Shown: positions 40,690 to 51,011 of the stretch, piece by piece | How the letters are laid out: every line of letters begins with the position of its first letter | How positions within the stretch are numbered: the first letter of the stretch is position 1 | NCBI GenBank assembly: GCA_036743175.1 | Contig: DAINQB010000001.1 | Location: 69,135 to 133,134, forward strand | Length of the DNA: 64,000 nt | Source: Bacillota bacterium | GTDB taxonomy: Bacteria; Bacillota; Clostridia; DUPQ01 | Reading direction: 5' to 3' | Position numbers and translations under genes: made by a program | The notes under the pieces: generated by a model | The model's input: the letters and a program-made list of their open reading frames with translations, nothing else | What the model was told of the DNA's origin: nothing | Database searches by the model: none

Positions 40690-41960
40690 TAATTCGCTTC
40701 TCCGAGGATCAATTGCAGCTCAACATAGTTCCATTCATCTTCATTGTCCCCAATTTGCCTGTAAACCTTTACGCTTACTTCATCACCCGGCATATACATG
40801 TTCTTCTGCTCAACCAGCTGGTCGAAGTCGAGTACCCTTACGCCATTGAACTCAGTTATTATATCATTGACTTTTATCCCGGCTTTGTCTGCAGGTGAAA
40901 ACGCGCCGACTTCGGATACCATTACACCTTCAGGCAGGCCCCTCTGTTCTGCAATCTCTGCTGTATAATCGTTCGAGATTGTCACTCCAATATTCGGTCT
41001 TCCCCTGCTTACCAGGCCATCGGTCTTCAGAGCCTCCACGGTTTCCATTACCTTGTTCACAGGTATTGCAAATCCCAGGCCCTCATATCCGGTGCTTACT
41101 ATCTTAACTGTATTGATACCTATAAGATGTCCGGATGAGTCAACCAACGCACCTCCGCTGTTACCGGGGTTGATGGCCGCATCAGTTTGTATAAGGTTCA
41201 GGCTCTCATTTTCATATTGTGATGCAGTCTCATCATAAAGTTCCCTGTTCAGACCGCTTATTATTCCGGCCGTGACAGATCCCATGTACATCATTCCTCC
41301 GGGGTTTCCTATTGCGACTGCAAGATCGCCCACCCTGATGTCATCTGAATTCCCGATATCTATCGGCACAAGGCCGGGTGCATCTATTTTCAGTACTGCA
41401 AGGTCAGTGACTGCATCACGTCCCACAACCTCAGCCTCATAAGGGGTATCCAGCTGTCCGTATACAAAAACCTTGATGGTTGCAGAGTCATATTTTACGT
41501 TGCTGCTGCCCTGAAGTGCATCTTCTATTACATGGTTGTTGGTAACTATGTAACCATCTTCCGAAAGTACAATCCCGGAACCTTCTCCCACACCTTCCGT
41601 CTGGTTGAAGAAGAAATTCGTGTATGGGAAGGTAATCTGCACACTGACAATGGATGGAATGACTTTTTCCGCTATGGCTGCCACAGGTGATGCTGTTTCA
41701 CTCTGTATTATCTCAACCCTCTTGATTATTCCGTCCTCTTCAGATGTCCCGCCACCTGTATAAACATATCCGTTGTTGCTGTATGCTCCTGTCAGTATTC
41801 CCCTGACATCAACATCATTGGCTGCTAGAAAGTATCCAACACCGGCCACTCCTGCAGACAATCCTATTACAAGACTCAGGAATACCGCCAGCAAAACCAT
41901 GATTACCTGGGTGGATTTAATCCTTGGTCTTTTATTATCCTGATTGTATTCACTATTCAT
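40686..41960 (-). CDS. htrA: HtrA/DegP family serine protease with PDZ domain
   Basis: N-terminal TM anchor, catalytic GNSGGAL, C-terminal PDZ domain. Confidence 0.85.
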   Translation of the reverse strand: MNSEYNQDNKRPRIKSTQVIMVLLAVFLSLVIGLSAGVAGVGYFLAANDVDVRGILTGAYSNNGYVYTGGGTSEEDGIIKRVEIIQSETASPVAAIAEKVIPSIVSVQITFPYTNFFFNQTEGVGEGSGIVLSEDGYIVTNNHVIEDALQGSSNVKYDSATIKVFVYGQLDTPYEAEVVGRDAVTDLAVLKIDAPGLVPIDIGNSDDIRVGDLAVAIGNPGGMMYMGSVTAGIISGLNRELYDETASQYENESLNLIQTDAAINPGNSGGALVDSSGHLIGINTVKIVSTGYEGLGFAIPVNKVMETVEALKTDGLVSRGRPNIGVTISNDYTAEIAEQRGLPEGVMVSEVGAFSPADKAGIKVNDIITEFNGVRVLDFDQLVEQKNMYMPGDEVSVKVYRQIGDNEDEWNYVELQLILGEANY

Positions 41961-42042
41961 AAAATCAACTCCTTGTTACATTTCATGTAAATAATAATAC
42001 CCTTCATATCCTGAAATTTTGTAAAAAATCTGTTAACAATTG

Positions 42043-43554
42043 CTAAAGACCCTGCTGGACCGAGAATCTGAACTCAGTACCCCTGCCCTCAACTGAGTCC
42101 ACCTCTATGGTTTCTCCATGGGATATCAGAATGCTCCTGACAATCGAGAGTCCAAGACCGGCTCCGCCGCTTGAATAACCTCTTGAGGAATCTTCCTTGT
42201 AGAACCTTTCCCATATCTTTTCAAGTTTCTCCGGAGGAATTCCAACTCCGTCATCTTTGATTGTAACAATGATCTTTGACTTAATTGCCTTTGTTGAAAT
42301 GCTTATGTTACCTTTATCACCTGTGAACTTCACAGCATTGTCAAGGAGATTCATCAGCACCCTTTCAATGTCATCCCTGCTGGCATTTACTATGGTCATG
42401 TCATCCTCGAACCTGATATCCATCTCTATCTTCCTTGAATTAATCCTGTTTTCCATGCTTATGGCAACGGTCCTTATAAGTTCATTCAAGTCAAAGTTTT
42501 CCTTGACCGGAACATTTCTTTCACCTGAAAGCCTCGTTAGTACCATAAGGTCGTTGACAAGCCTGTTGAGCCTGCTGCTCTCATTCTTTACAATTTCAAG
42601 GTATTTCCTTTGTTTATCCGGAGGTATTGTTCCGTCAAGCATTCCCTCTACAAAACCATTTATTGAGGTCACCGGGGTCCGAAGCTCATGGGATACATCT
42701 GAGACAAATTCCTGTCTTGAGTTTTCCAGTTCCTCTATTTTATCCAGCATCTTGTTCAGGGCCTTGCCAAGCTGGCCTATCTCATCCTTCCTCCTTGTCA
42801 CGGAAACCCTGGCCTGCAGATCCCCCTTTGAAATACGTGTTGTTGTTCCCACCATGTTCCTGAGGGGACTGCTGAAGCTTCTTGCCAATATCATTATGAA
42901 ACCGGCTGCAATCAGTATGGAGATCGCCCATGGAACGATATATGCAAGTATAAGCTCACGCCTGCCGACACTGAGTTCTTCCTCAGGAGTATGGATATAG
43001 ACTGCTATTTCCGAATCTTTCCCGATGTAGTCATTTCCTCTGTATTTGTATGTCTTTATATATGTCAGTCCGGGTTTCAAACCGCTTCCTTCAAAGATTC
43101 CTGCAAACACCTCCGTAGCAATGAATGTGGTTTCATCTGACTCAAAGTAGGGTTTGAAATACCTGTCATCATAGATATACCTTTCCGTTCTATTATAAAA
43201 GTCCCTTACAAAGAACTGGTCATCGGCATCCGTTGAATCAGACACAGCAATTATTCCGCCGTTTTCATTGATTACCCATATTATGGAATTTATGTTTTCC
43301 CCGTACACCCTGACATTGTCAGCCAGCATGTTCCTCTCCTCAAGTTCCTGGTAGGTCCTTGGTATTGAGGACATGTCAAAGGTTGAGTTTGTTACATTCA
43401 GGAAGATTTCACCGGCCACAATGTCATATAGCTCTATCTTGCGGTTATATGTGAAGTCATCAAGTTCAATATAGAAGAAACCAGCCATGACAAGAAATGA
43501 AACTACAAGTATTCCGGCAAATACAATGAACATTTTCCAGAATACGGATTTCAT
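42043..43554 (-). CDS. Sensor histidine kinase (CssS-like)
   Basis: Two TM segments flanking an extracytoplasmic domain, HAMP, HisKA (SHELRTP), HATPase (GGAGLGLSIV). Confidence 0.85.
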   Translation of the reverse strand: MKSVFWKMFIVFAGILVVSFLVMAGFFYIELDDFTYNRKIELYDIVAGEIFLNVTNSTFDMSSIPRTYQELEERNMLADNVRVYGENINSIIWVINENGGIIAVSDSTDADDQFFVRDFYNRTERYIYDDRYFKPYFESDETTFIATEVFAGIFEGSGLKPGLTYIKTYKYRGNDYIGKDSEIAVYIHTPEEELSVGRRELILAYIVPWAISILIAAGFIMILARSFSSPLRNMVGTTTRISKGDLQARVSVTRRKDEIGQLGKALNKMLDKIEELENSRQEFVSDVSHELRTPVTSINGFVEGMLDGTIPPDKQRKYLEIVKNESSRLNRLVNDLMVLTRLSGERNVPVKENFDLNELIRTVAISMENRINSRKIEMDIRFEDDMTIVNASRDDIERVLMNLLDNAVKFTGDKGNISISTKAIKSKIIVTIKDDGVGIPPEKLEKIWERFYKEDSSRGYSSGGAGLGLSIVRSILISHGETIEVDSVEGRGTEFRFSVQQGL

Positions 43555-44240
43555 CTGGATACCTCAAATTTATATCCGATTCCCCAGACGGTCTTCAGCT
43601 CCCAGTTGGGATTACCGTTGTTGATCTTCTCCCTGAGCCTTTTGATATGTACATCCACCGTCCTGGAGTCACCATAGAAATCGTACCCCCAGATACTGTG
43701 GAGAAGATTTTCCCTTGTAAACACCTTGTTGGGGTTTGACACAAAATGATACAGGAGCAGAAATTCCTTCGGAGGCATCTCCACTGCTTCATCGCCCAGG
43801 AGCACGGAATACTTGTTTTTGTTCACAACAAGGCCCGGAAGGACTATCTCCTCATCCTCATCCCTGGTACCTGTGCTTCGCCTGAGTATTGCCTTGACCC
43901 TTGCTACCAGTTCCTTTCCATCGAATGGCTTGACTATATAATCATCTGCCCCGAGTTCCAGTCCAAGGACCTTGTCAAAGGTCTCCCCCTTCGCCGAAAG
44001 CATAATTATGGGAACCGTACTGTTCTTCTTGATTGTGCGGCACACTTCCCAGCCATCCATTCCCGGCATCATTATATCCAGGATAATAAGGTCCGGCCTG
44101 GATTCCTCGAAGATCCTGATACCTGTATGACCGTCATATGCAGTCATTACCCCATACTCTTCTTTTTTAAGATACAGGGCTACAAGTTCGCATATGTTTT
44201 CATCATCATCGATTATGAGTATATTTACATTTTGCTCCAC
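43551..44240 (-). CDS. OmpR-family response regulator (CssR-like)
   Basis: Receiver domain plus winged-helix trans_reg_C (DVHIKRLREKI). Confidence 0.85.
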   Translation of the reverse strand: MEQNVNILIIDDDENICELVALYLKKEEYGVMTAYDGHTGIRIFEESRPDLIILDIMMPGMDGWEVCRTIKKNSTVPIIMLSAKGETFDKVLGLELGADDYIVKPFDGKELVARVKAILRRSTGTRDEDEEIVLPGLVVNKNKYSVLLGDEAVEMPPKEFLLLYHFVSNPNKVFTRENLLHSIWGYDFYGDSRTVDVHIKRLREKINNGNPNWELKTVWGIGYKFEVSR

Positions 44241-46489
44241 GTATGCCTCCCGCTCTGTCTGCTGCTGAAGTAATCAAGATAAGCTTCCAATGAACGAACT
44301 GCTGATCTGATATCTGAATACACCGGCAGACTGCCTTTCTCCATCAGGCCTACAAACTCACCATAGAATTCGCTTGCATTGACAGATACCACAAGGGGTT
44401 TATCATATTTTTCATATATCCTTACCAACACATTGGCAAGTGAATTTTCATCGCCGCAGGTATCCGGAGTTGATTTTATATTCTCAACATGGGGTACGAC
44501 ACCGACTATCACGGCATCTACGTTTTCATCCTCCATGAAGGCTTCTATGAATTCACCGTACATTACATCATCGGTCATTGGTGTTACATCTATGATTGCA
44601 TTCCTTGTATCGGCAAGTCCATGGAAATTAATTTTGTTCAGTCTTTCCAGGGTTTCGTCTGTGACCCTGACAGGTTTCAGCCTTCCCAGCTCATCGGATG
44701 CAATGGTTGCCTCGAAGCCTGCATTCAAAACCCCTCCGACCCTCATGCCCCCGGTCTTCTTGTCCGCCAGCAGAGAAAATACCTTAATGCAGTCCATGAA
44801 CTGCGTTGCATCCTCGGTAAGGATTACACCCGCCTGCAGACAGGCAGCCTTGAATGTGTCGTAATCACCTGTCATGGCAGCTGTATGGCTCTTTGCGGCC
44901 TGTGCTCCTGCTTCCGTCTTTCCGCCTTTGTAAACTATGACTGGTTTTGTGCTTTCCCTGGCCAGGTCAAAGAACAGACGGCCTTCCCTTTCATCGAATC
45001 CTTCGACATACACGGATATGACCTTTATTGAATCATCAGCCATGAAATACTTCAGAAGATCGGTAATCTTGACATCATATTTGTTGCCGAAGCTTGCCAC
45101 CGCCTTGAATACAGGATTGTTCACAAGCTTGTCTATCATCGTTATTGCCATTCCGCCGCTTTGAGTAAGCAGTGCTGTGTTGCTGTTCTCATCGGAAGTC
45201 AGCCTCAATCTGTTTTCTTCGATGAAAAGGGTGTTGACTCCCCTGCCCTTTTCCTGTGAGCCATAATAAACACCCATACAATTGGGCCCGATGATACGCA
45301 TGCCCTCCGGTTTGGTTTCATCAAGCATTGCCGCGAACTCTTTGTAACCGATGTCCGAAGGGATACCGGGAATCATAACCATGGCTCCGGGTTTTCTTTT
45401 CCCCATGTTTTTCAGAAAGTCAGGGACTGATGCAGCCGGAGCTGCATAAACGGCAAGATCAACATCCTGGGGCAGGTCATCAAGGTTCTGGTACATCCTG
45501 TATTCCTTGCCCCCTATCCTGGTACTGCCCTCCCTGAGATTTATGCAATACAGGTCGGTTCTGTCCAGTTCATGGAGAAGATTTGCAATTTCCCTTCCCA
45601 TGCTGTATTTGGATTCGTTCCTTGAAACACCTATTACAGCCACACCGTTGGGTTTGAAGAATGCATCAATGTTGGTTATATCAGCTTCCAGCTTGCTTTT
45701 GAAATTCGATTCCTCAAAGGTCATGTAACCGTCAACGGCAACAAATCGTCCGCTTTTTGAAAATACAAATGGATTTACATCCATGCTGAGTATATGGTAT
45801 CTGACTTCAGCATCTGAGACATCGGAATATCTGTGGGCCAGCTTGCTTATTATCTCCGCCGACCTTGCAATAAGGTCCTTGTACTCAGGATGACCTATTT
45901 CATTGAATTTATTTATGATTTTCAATGAACCTGCAAGTTCCCCGGACTCCTCCTTTGTCAGGTGAGGAAGGAATAGATTTGCAGGATCATAATATTTTGC
46001 AAAGAACTCCGCATCATCTCCACCCTTGCTCAGGGTTACCACAGGGCCGAATGCATTGTCATTCTTGACGCCTATCAGCAATTCATTTCCCAGGCTCTGG
46101 GTGAAATCCACGAACTCCACTATCAAGAATCCTTCAATCAGAGGTTTTTCGTCCTCACTGAAGTGACTGAGCACTGTTTCCTTCATTCTCTGAAGAACAA
46201 ACTGAACAAACAATGTTTCTGAATTATTTATTACCTTGACCCCGCCGAGTTTCTGCTTGTGGGCAATATCTCTGGAAACAATCTTGATGACTATCCTGTC
46301 ACCGAATTGCATCAGTATTTCCTCAGTTGCATGCTCAGGTTTTTCAACGAAGACATAATGAGGCACATCCAGTCCTGCATTCCCGAGAATATCATAGACC
46401 TCGTGCTCAAAAAGCATGTTCCTGCCGTCTGCAGCCGCTTTCTCAAAAACAGTATCTATCCTCTTGTATACATCTGCTCCCAAAGACAT
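44225..46489 (-). CDS. NDP-forming acyl-CoA synthetase family protein (acetate--CoA ligase ADP-forming-like; ATP-grasp + CoA-binding/ligase-CoA domains)
   Basis: 754 aa: N-terminal ATP-grasp region followed by a succinyl-CoA-synthetase-like CoA-binding domain (NGVAVIGVSRN...). No C-terminal GNAT, so not a Pat-type acetyltransferase. Confidence 0.6.
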   Translation of the reverse strand: MSLGADVYKRIDTVFEKAAADGRNMLFEHEVYDILGNAGLDVPHYVFVEKPEHATEEILMQFGDRIVIKIVSRDIAHKQKLGGVKVINNSETLFVQFVLQRMKETVLSHFSEDEKPLIEGFLIVEFVDFTQSLGNELLIGVKNDNAFGPVVTLSKGGDDAEFFAKYYDPANLFLPHLTKEESGELAGSLKIINKFNEIGHPEYKDLIARSAEIISKLAHRYSDVSDAEVRYHILSMDVNPFVFSKSGRFVAVDGYMTFEESNFKSKLEADITNIDAFFKPNGVAVIGVSRNESKYSMGREIANLLHELDRTDLYCINLREGSTRIGGKEYRMYQNLDDLPQDVDLAVYAAPAASVPDFLKNMGKRKPGAMVMIPGIPSDIGYKEFAAMLDETKPEGMRIIGPNCMGVYYGSQEKGRGVNTLFIEENRLRLTSDENSNTALLTQSGGMAITMIDKLVNNPVFKAVASFGNKYDVKITDLLKYFMADDSIKVISVYVEGFDEREGRLFFDLARESTKPVIVYKGGKTEAGAQAAKSHTAAMTGDYDTFKAACLQAGVILTEDATQFMDCIKVFSLLADKKTGGMRVGGVLNAGFEATIASDELGRLKPVRVTDETLERLNKINFHGLADTRNAIIDVTPMTDDVMYGEFIEAFMEDENVDAVIVGVVPHVENIKSTPDTCGDENSLANVLVRIYEKYDKPLVVSVNASEFYGEFVGLMEKGSLPVYSDIRSAVRSLEAYLDYFSSRQSGRHTWSKM

Positions 46490-46654
46490 AGTACCCTCCC
46501 ATGTATGAAATTGTAGGTTCTCCCTTTACATTATCCACAAATTCACCTCCCTTGGCAACACACCCCTCCCATGTAATGCGCTCCCCATGTCCGCAGCACG
46601 CCCATGCCATTGCAAATTATGAGATTTCAGCATGATTATTATTACCCGAAGTAT

Positions 46655-46684
46655 TGTCAACCATTGGTGTTGTTTGGGTTGACA
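46655..46684 (+). promoter_or_regulatory. BirA operator upstream of bioY
   Basis: TGTCAACC-N14-GGTTGACA matches the Firmicutes BirA box TGTTAACC-N14/15-GGTTAACA; ~30 nt upstream of the bioY start. Confidence 0.7.
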
Positions 46685-46714
46685 GCCAATTCAATGTGTG
46701 TTATTTTCCTTGCT

Positions 46715-47275
46715 ATGAAAACACGGGATTTGATTTTCATGGCATTTTTCATAGCTCTCACGACAGTAGGCGCATTTTTAAGACTCCCCCTGCCGTTCAT
46801 GAGTGTTACTTTTCAGTTGTTCTTTGCATTGCTTGCAGGGATAATACTGGGGCCTGTGCGTGGACTGCTGGCCATGACCGCATATGTACTGATCGGTCTT
46901 GCGGGTCTTCCTGTGTTCACCATGGGCGGAGGCCCCGGCTATGTCCTTCAACCCTCCTTTGGATTCATCCTCGGGTTTTTACCTGCAGCATGGCTGTCCG
47001 GCCTCGTCTATGAAAAATCCGGCCTGAAAGCAGTACATGCCATTTATCCTTCATACATCACCGGAATGATTGCTGCATATGTAATTGGAATTCCTTATTT
47101 ATATCTTGTAATGAAGTATTATCTTGGAAATGAAGAAGCAACGATGATTTCTGTCACTGTATCAATGGCGTTGTATTTCATCAAGGATATTATCCTGGGT
47201 TTAGTACTGGTTTTATTCTCCCGGTTTGTTCCTTTGCTTAAGAAGTTCGCTTTCAGTCAGACCAAATCCCCCTGA
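46715..47275 (+). CDS. bioY: Biotin transporter BioY (ECF S-component)
   Basis: ORF from 46604; likely start MKTRDLIFMAF at 46715. Typical BioY TM pattern. Confidence 0.85.
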   Translation: MKTRDLIFMAFFIALTTVGAFLRLPLPFMSVTFQLFFALLAGIILGPVRGLLAMTAYVLIGLAGLPVFTMGGGPGYVLQPSFGFILGFLPAAWLSGLVYEKSGLKAVHAIYPSYITGMIAAYVIGIPYLYLVMKYYLGNEEATMISVTVSMALYFIKDIILGLVLVLFSRFVPLLKKFAFSQTKSP

Positions 47276-48201
47276 TGCCAGCCGTTTTCTTCCATTGCTG
47301 CAACTATATCATCAACCACAGCCCTCCAGCTTCTTCCATAGTTGCAAAAAAGCGTCCTGTCCTCAGGTGCCCTTCCCATGAGACGCTGTACGACGATACC
47401 TTTGTCAAGGTTGCGAAGGAAGAGTATTGATCTTTCAATGAAATCACTGCATTCAAGCATCTTCATTTCGCCTTCCATGAACATTTCACCAAGACGGGTA
47501 CCCCTAAGTACATAAAGTGAGTGGCACTTCACCTGGGATGCACCTGTCTCATTGAGAAAACGGGCGTTTTTGGCAACCTGCGTGGAATCCTCAAAAGGAA
47601 GGTCATTTATCATATGTGCACAAAAAGGAATCCCATGGTCATTCAACAGTCCTGCAGCCTTTTCAAAATCCCTGACTGTATGACCTCTTTTCAAAATGTT
47701 GAGACTCCTGTCGCTGGAACTTTGAAGCCCCATCTCAATTACCATGTCCACACCCCTGTCCTTTGATAATCCGGCAAGGAAACGAACATGTTGTCCGTCA
47801 ATGCAATCGGGTCTTGTGGATATATAGAGGGCAACGATCTTCTCCATGCATGCCTCTTCCATATATCCCATGAATCTATCTGATTCCATATATGTATTGG
47901 AATAATTCTGAAAATATGCGATGAATTTTCCGGCCTTGTATTTCTTCCCCATGTAACCGATGTTCTGCCGTATCTGCTCACTTACGGGTATTTCGGGATC
48001 CAGTGACTCAAAACCGGCGGCTTCGTCTCCACAGAAAATACAGCCGTCTGAACCTTTCGTACCATCACGGTTCGGGCAGCTGCACGGAACTGCGACAGGT
48101 ATCTTGTAAACCCTGCCGCTGTATCTTTCCTTCAGGAAATCTGAAAACCTGTAATAGGGAAAATCAATTCCTGCTTTTTCCCCTGCTGATGAGGTAGGCA
48201 T
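47257..48201 (-). CDS. TIGR01212-family radical SAM protein
   Basis: 314 aa. CPNRDG...CIFCGDE cluster region and a TIM-barrel radical SAM core. Confidence 0.7.
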   Translation of the reverse strand: MPTSSAGEKAGIDFPYYRFSDFLKERYSGRVYKIPVAVPCSCPNRDGTKGSDGCIFCGDEAAGFESLDPEIPVSEQIRQNIGYMGKKYKAGKFIAYFQNYSNTYMESDRFMGYMEEACMEKIVALYISTRPDCIDGQHVRFLAGLSKDRGVDMVIEMGLQSSSDRSLNILKRGHTVRDFEKAAGLLNDHGIPFCAHMINDLPFEDSTQVAKNARFLNETGASQVKCHSLYVLRGTRLGEMFMEGEMKMLECSDFIERSILFLRNLDKGIVVQRLMGRAPEDRTLFCNYGRSWRAVVDDIVAAMEENGWHQGDLV

Positions 48202-49276
48202 TTATGAACCCGTCTATCTCTCCGTCCATTACCTTCTGGACATCACCCATCTCAAAATTGGTCCTGTGGTCCTTGACCATAGTATAAGGACAGAATACAT
48301 ATGACCTTATCTGGCTGCCCCAGGCTATCTCCATCTGGACACCCTTCAGGTCCTCTATCTTTTCCTTTGCTTCCCTCTCCTTGATTTCCATCAGCTTGGA
48401 GTAAAGAAGTTTCATAGCTGTCTCACGGTTCTGATGCTGGCTCCGTTCTGACTGGCAGGCTGCAACAAGTCCTGTGGGTATATGGGTCAGCCTTACGGCA
48501 GAATCAGTCTTGTTGACATGCTGTCCTCCGGCTCCGGATGAACGGAATGTGTCCATCTTGATGTCCTCCGGTTTTATATCAACTTCCATGTCTGAGCTGA
48601 TTTCCGGTATGACCTCCAGTGATGCAAATGAAGTGTGCCTTCTGCCTGATGAGTCAAAGGGAGATATCCTGACCAGCCTGTGAACTCCGTTCTCCGCCTT
48701 TGCATATCCATAGGCATAGGGACCTTCAATCCTTGCAGTTACACTCTTTACCCCGGCATCATCACCCGGAAGTATGTCCGTTATCACAAACCTGAATCCC
48801 CTGTTTTCTGCCCATCTTGAGTACATTCGCAGCAGCATCTCAACCCAGTCCTGGGCTTCGGTACCGCCTGCACCCGCATGGAGTGTAATGATGGCATTTT
48901 CACTGTCATGCCTGCCGCTCAGCAACGTCTGAAGTCTGACCTCATCATACCTTTTGCGGAGTTTGGACAGACCTTTTTCAAGTTCCTGCTCCATTTCTGT
49001 TCCGGGATCTTCCTCGTAAAGTTCAAGAAGTACCGTTGCATCATCATACAGTGTCTGAAGTTTTTCAAAACTACCGAGACTCCCCTTCAGCTGCTTTATC
49101 TTCTGCAGAACCTTCTGGGAGTTGTCCTGGTCATTCCAGAAGCCTTCACCTGATGCCTCTTCCTCAAGGGCAGTAATCTCATTCCTTATCTTTGATGTAC
49201 CTAGACTTTTGTCTAGGTCACCTATCTTTTCCTCAAAGCCGGATATTTCCGCTCTGACCAAACTAATGTCTATCAA
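48164..49276 (-). CDS. prfB: Peptide chain release factor 2 (no programmed frameshift; TTG start)
   Basis: SPFDSSGRRHTSFASLEV and the GGQ motif (RSSGAGGQHVNKTDSAVRLTHIPTG). Contiguous ORF from a TTG 7 nt after RBS GGAAGGGA; no CUU UGA shift site. Confidence 0.85.
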   Translation of the reverse strand: MIDISLVRAEISGFEEKIGDLDKSLGTSKIRNEITALEEEASGEGFWNDQDNSQKVLQKIKQLKGSLGSFEKLQTLYDDATVLLELYEEDPGTEMEQELEKGLSKLRKRYDEVRLQTLLSGRHDSENAIITLHAGAGGTEAQDWVEMLLRMYSRWAENRGFRFVITDILPGDDAGVKSVTARIEGPYAYGYAKAENGVHRLVRISPFDSSGRRHTSFASLEVIPEISSDMEVDIKPEDIKMDTFRSSGAGGQHVNKTDSAVRLTHIPTGLVAACQSERSQHQNRETAMKLLYSKLMEIKEREAKEKIEDLKGVQMEIAWGSQIRSYVFCPYTMVKDHRTNFEMGDVQKVMDGEIDGFINAYLISRGKSRN

Positions 49277-49277
49277 A

Positions 49278-50453
49278 TTAATTTCCCTTCCTTCTTGTCA
49301 GGAATCTTTCCATTCTTTCAAGTGCTTCCTTGATATTTTCCATTGAACTTGCATATGTAGCACGCACATATCCTTCCCCGCTGTCACCGAAGGCAGTACC
49401 GGGTATGACAAGTACTTTTTCCTCCCTAAGCAATCCCTCACAGAATTCATCGCTGGTCATACCTGTGGAGGTTATATTGGGGAAGATATAAAATGCTCCC
49501 TGGGGTTCAAAGCACTTAAGACCGAGGTCCCTTACGCCCTTCAGAAGAAACTTTCTTCTCCTGTCGTATTCTCCCACCATGTCACTCACCTCGTCGTCGC
49601 AGTTACGAAGAGCCTCAATTCCGGCATACTGGGCAACCGTCGGAGCACACATCAGCGCATACTGGTGTATCTTGAACATATGCTTCACAAACCTTGCATC
49701 ACCGCAGACATATCCAAGTCTCCAGCCTGTCATGGCGTGACTCTTGGAAAACCCGTTGACCAGTATCAGTCTGTCACGGATTGACGGGAATGTTGCCATT
49801 GACCTGAACTCAAATCCATAGGTGAGTTCTGAATATATTTCATCGGAAATAATAAGCAGGTCCTTCTTTTCAAGTACCCTTACTATCTCCTCAAGCTCAG
49901 GCCCGGTCATTACCGATCCCGTCGGGTTGTTCGGAAAAGGTATTATCACTGCCTTGGTTTTATTGGTGATGGCCCTCTCAAGCGCACCGGGATCAATCTT
50001 GAACAAATTTTCTTCCTTAAGAGGAAGTGATACCGGTGTTCCCCCGTTTGTAAGCACACAGCCTTTGTATGCAACAAAACTTGGTTCAGGTACGATTACT
50101 TCATCACCCGGTTCAAGTATGGCACTGAGTGCCAGGTCAATTCCTTCACTGGCACCGACAGTTACTATAATCTCATTGTCCGGGTTATAGTGAGCTTTAT
50201 ACTTTCTGTCAAGATAAGTTGCAATCTCTTTTCTAAGCTCCTTTATCCCTGCATTTGCGGAATAATGGGTATGACCCTGTTCCAGTGCAAAAATACCGGC
50301 TTCTCTAATACTCCAAGGTGTTACGAAATCAGGTTCACCTATTCCAAGTGAAATCACACCTTCCAGTTCATTTATCAGGTCAAAATATTTCCGTATTCCC
50401 GAAGGCGGCATTGACCTTATGCTCTCCTTGATGAATCTCTCAGGTGTTGTCAT
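49278..50453 (-). CDS. Pyridoxal phosphate-dependent aminotransferase (class I, aspartate/aromatic type)
   Basis: 391 aa fold-type I aminotransferase with the PLP-Lys region SFSKSHAMTGWRLGY. Confidence 0.8.
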   Translation of the reverse strand: MTTPERFIKESIRSMPPSGIRKYFDLINELEGVISLGIGEPDFVTPWSIREAGIFALEQGHTHYSANAGIKELRKEIATYLDRKYKAHYNPDNEIIVTVGASEGIDLALSAILEPGDEVIVPEPSFVAYKGCVLTNGGTPVSLPLKEENLFKIDPGALERAITNKTKAVIIPFPNNPTGSVMTGPELEEIVRVLEKKDLLIISDEIYSELTYGFEFRSMATFPSIRDRLILVNGFSKSHAMTGWRLGYVCGDARFVKHMFKIHQYALMCAPTVAQYAGIEALRNCDDEVSDMVGEYDRRRKFLLKGVRDLGLKCFEPQGAFYIFPNITSTGMTSDEFCEGLLREEKVLVIPGTAFGDSGEGYVRATYASSMENIKEALERMERFLTRRKGN

Positions 50454-50929
50454 AGGACAATGGCCTCCCTGTCATCATCTTCCTTTCCCTCAAGAAGTAT
50501 ATTGCCGTCCTTGTATTTCTTAAGGACAAAATGGGTTGCGGTACTGAGGACCCCGTCAATTACAGAAAGCTTTTCCGATACGAACATAGCGACTTCCTTA
50601 AGACCGGCTCCTTCTACGATAACCGTCAGGTCATAGCTCCCTGACATGAGATAGCATGCCCTTACCTGGGGATACTTGTATATCCTGGCTGCCATTCTGT
50701 CAAAACCCTTGTCCCTCTGTGGAGTGAGTTTGACTTCGATCAATGCCGTAACAAAATCCCTGTCGGTTTTGTCCCAGTTGATTACAGCCTTGTAACCCCG
50801 GATGGTTCCATTTTTCTCGAATTCCGCAATGGCATCCGCTACTTCCGCTTCCGAATAACCTGTCATTGCAGTAATCTCACCTGTGGTTGCCTTGGAATTC
50901 TTCTCCAGGATTTCAAGTATCTCTCTCAT
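50450..50929 (-). CDS. Lrp/AsnC family transcriptional regulator
   Basis: 159 aa: N-terminal HTH plus C-terminal RAM domain; adjacent to the aminotransferase. Confidence 0.8.
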   Translation of the reverse strand: MREILEILEKNSKATTGEITAMTGYSEAEVADAIAEFEKNGTIRGYKAVINWDKTDRDFVTALIEVKLTPQRDKGFDRMAARIYKYPQVRACYLMSGSYDLTVIVEGAGLKEVAMFVSEKLSVIDGVLSTATHFVLKKYKDGNILLEGKEDDDREAIVL

Positions 50930-51011
50930 AAGTCCCTCCGTATATTTTACTCATTCATACATAAAGAGAACCGGTTTTGACGGTTCTCCATATATTTGTA
51001 CATCAATCTGT

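Noticed and set aside
49190-49280. Programmed +1 frameshift site in prfB
   Set aside because: The region that aligns with the canonical shift site reads GGT GAC CTA GAC AAA AGT CTA GGT with no CUU UGA. The ORF is contiguous from a TTG 7 nt after a good RBS and immediately after the upstream aminotransferase stop, so this looks like a non-frameshifting prfB.
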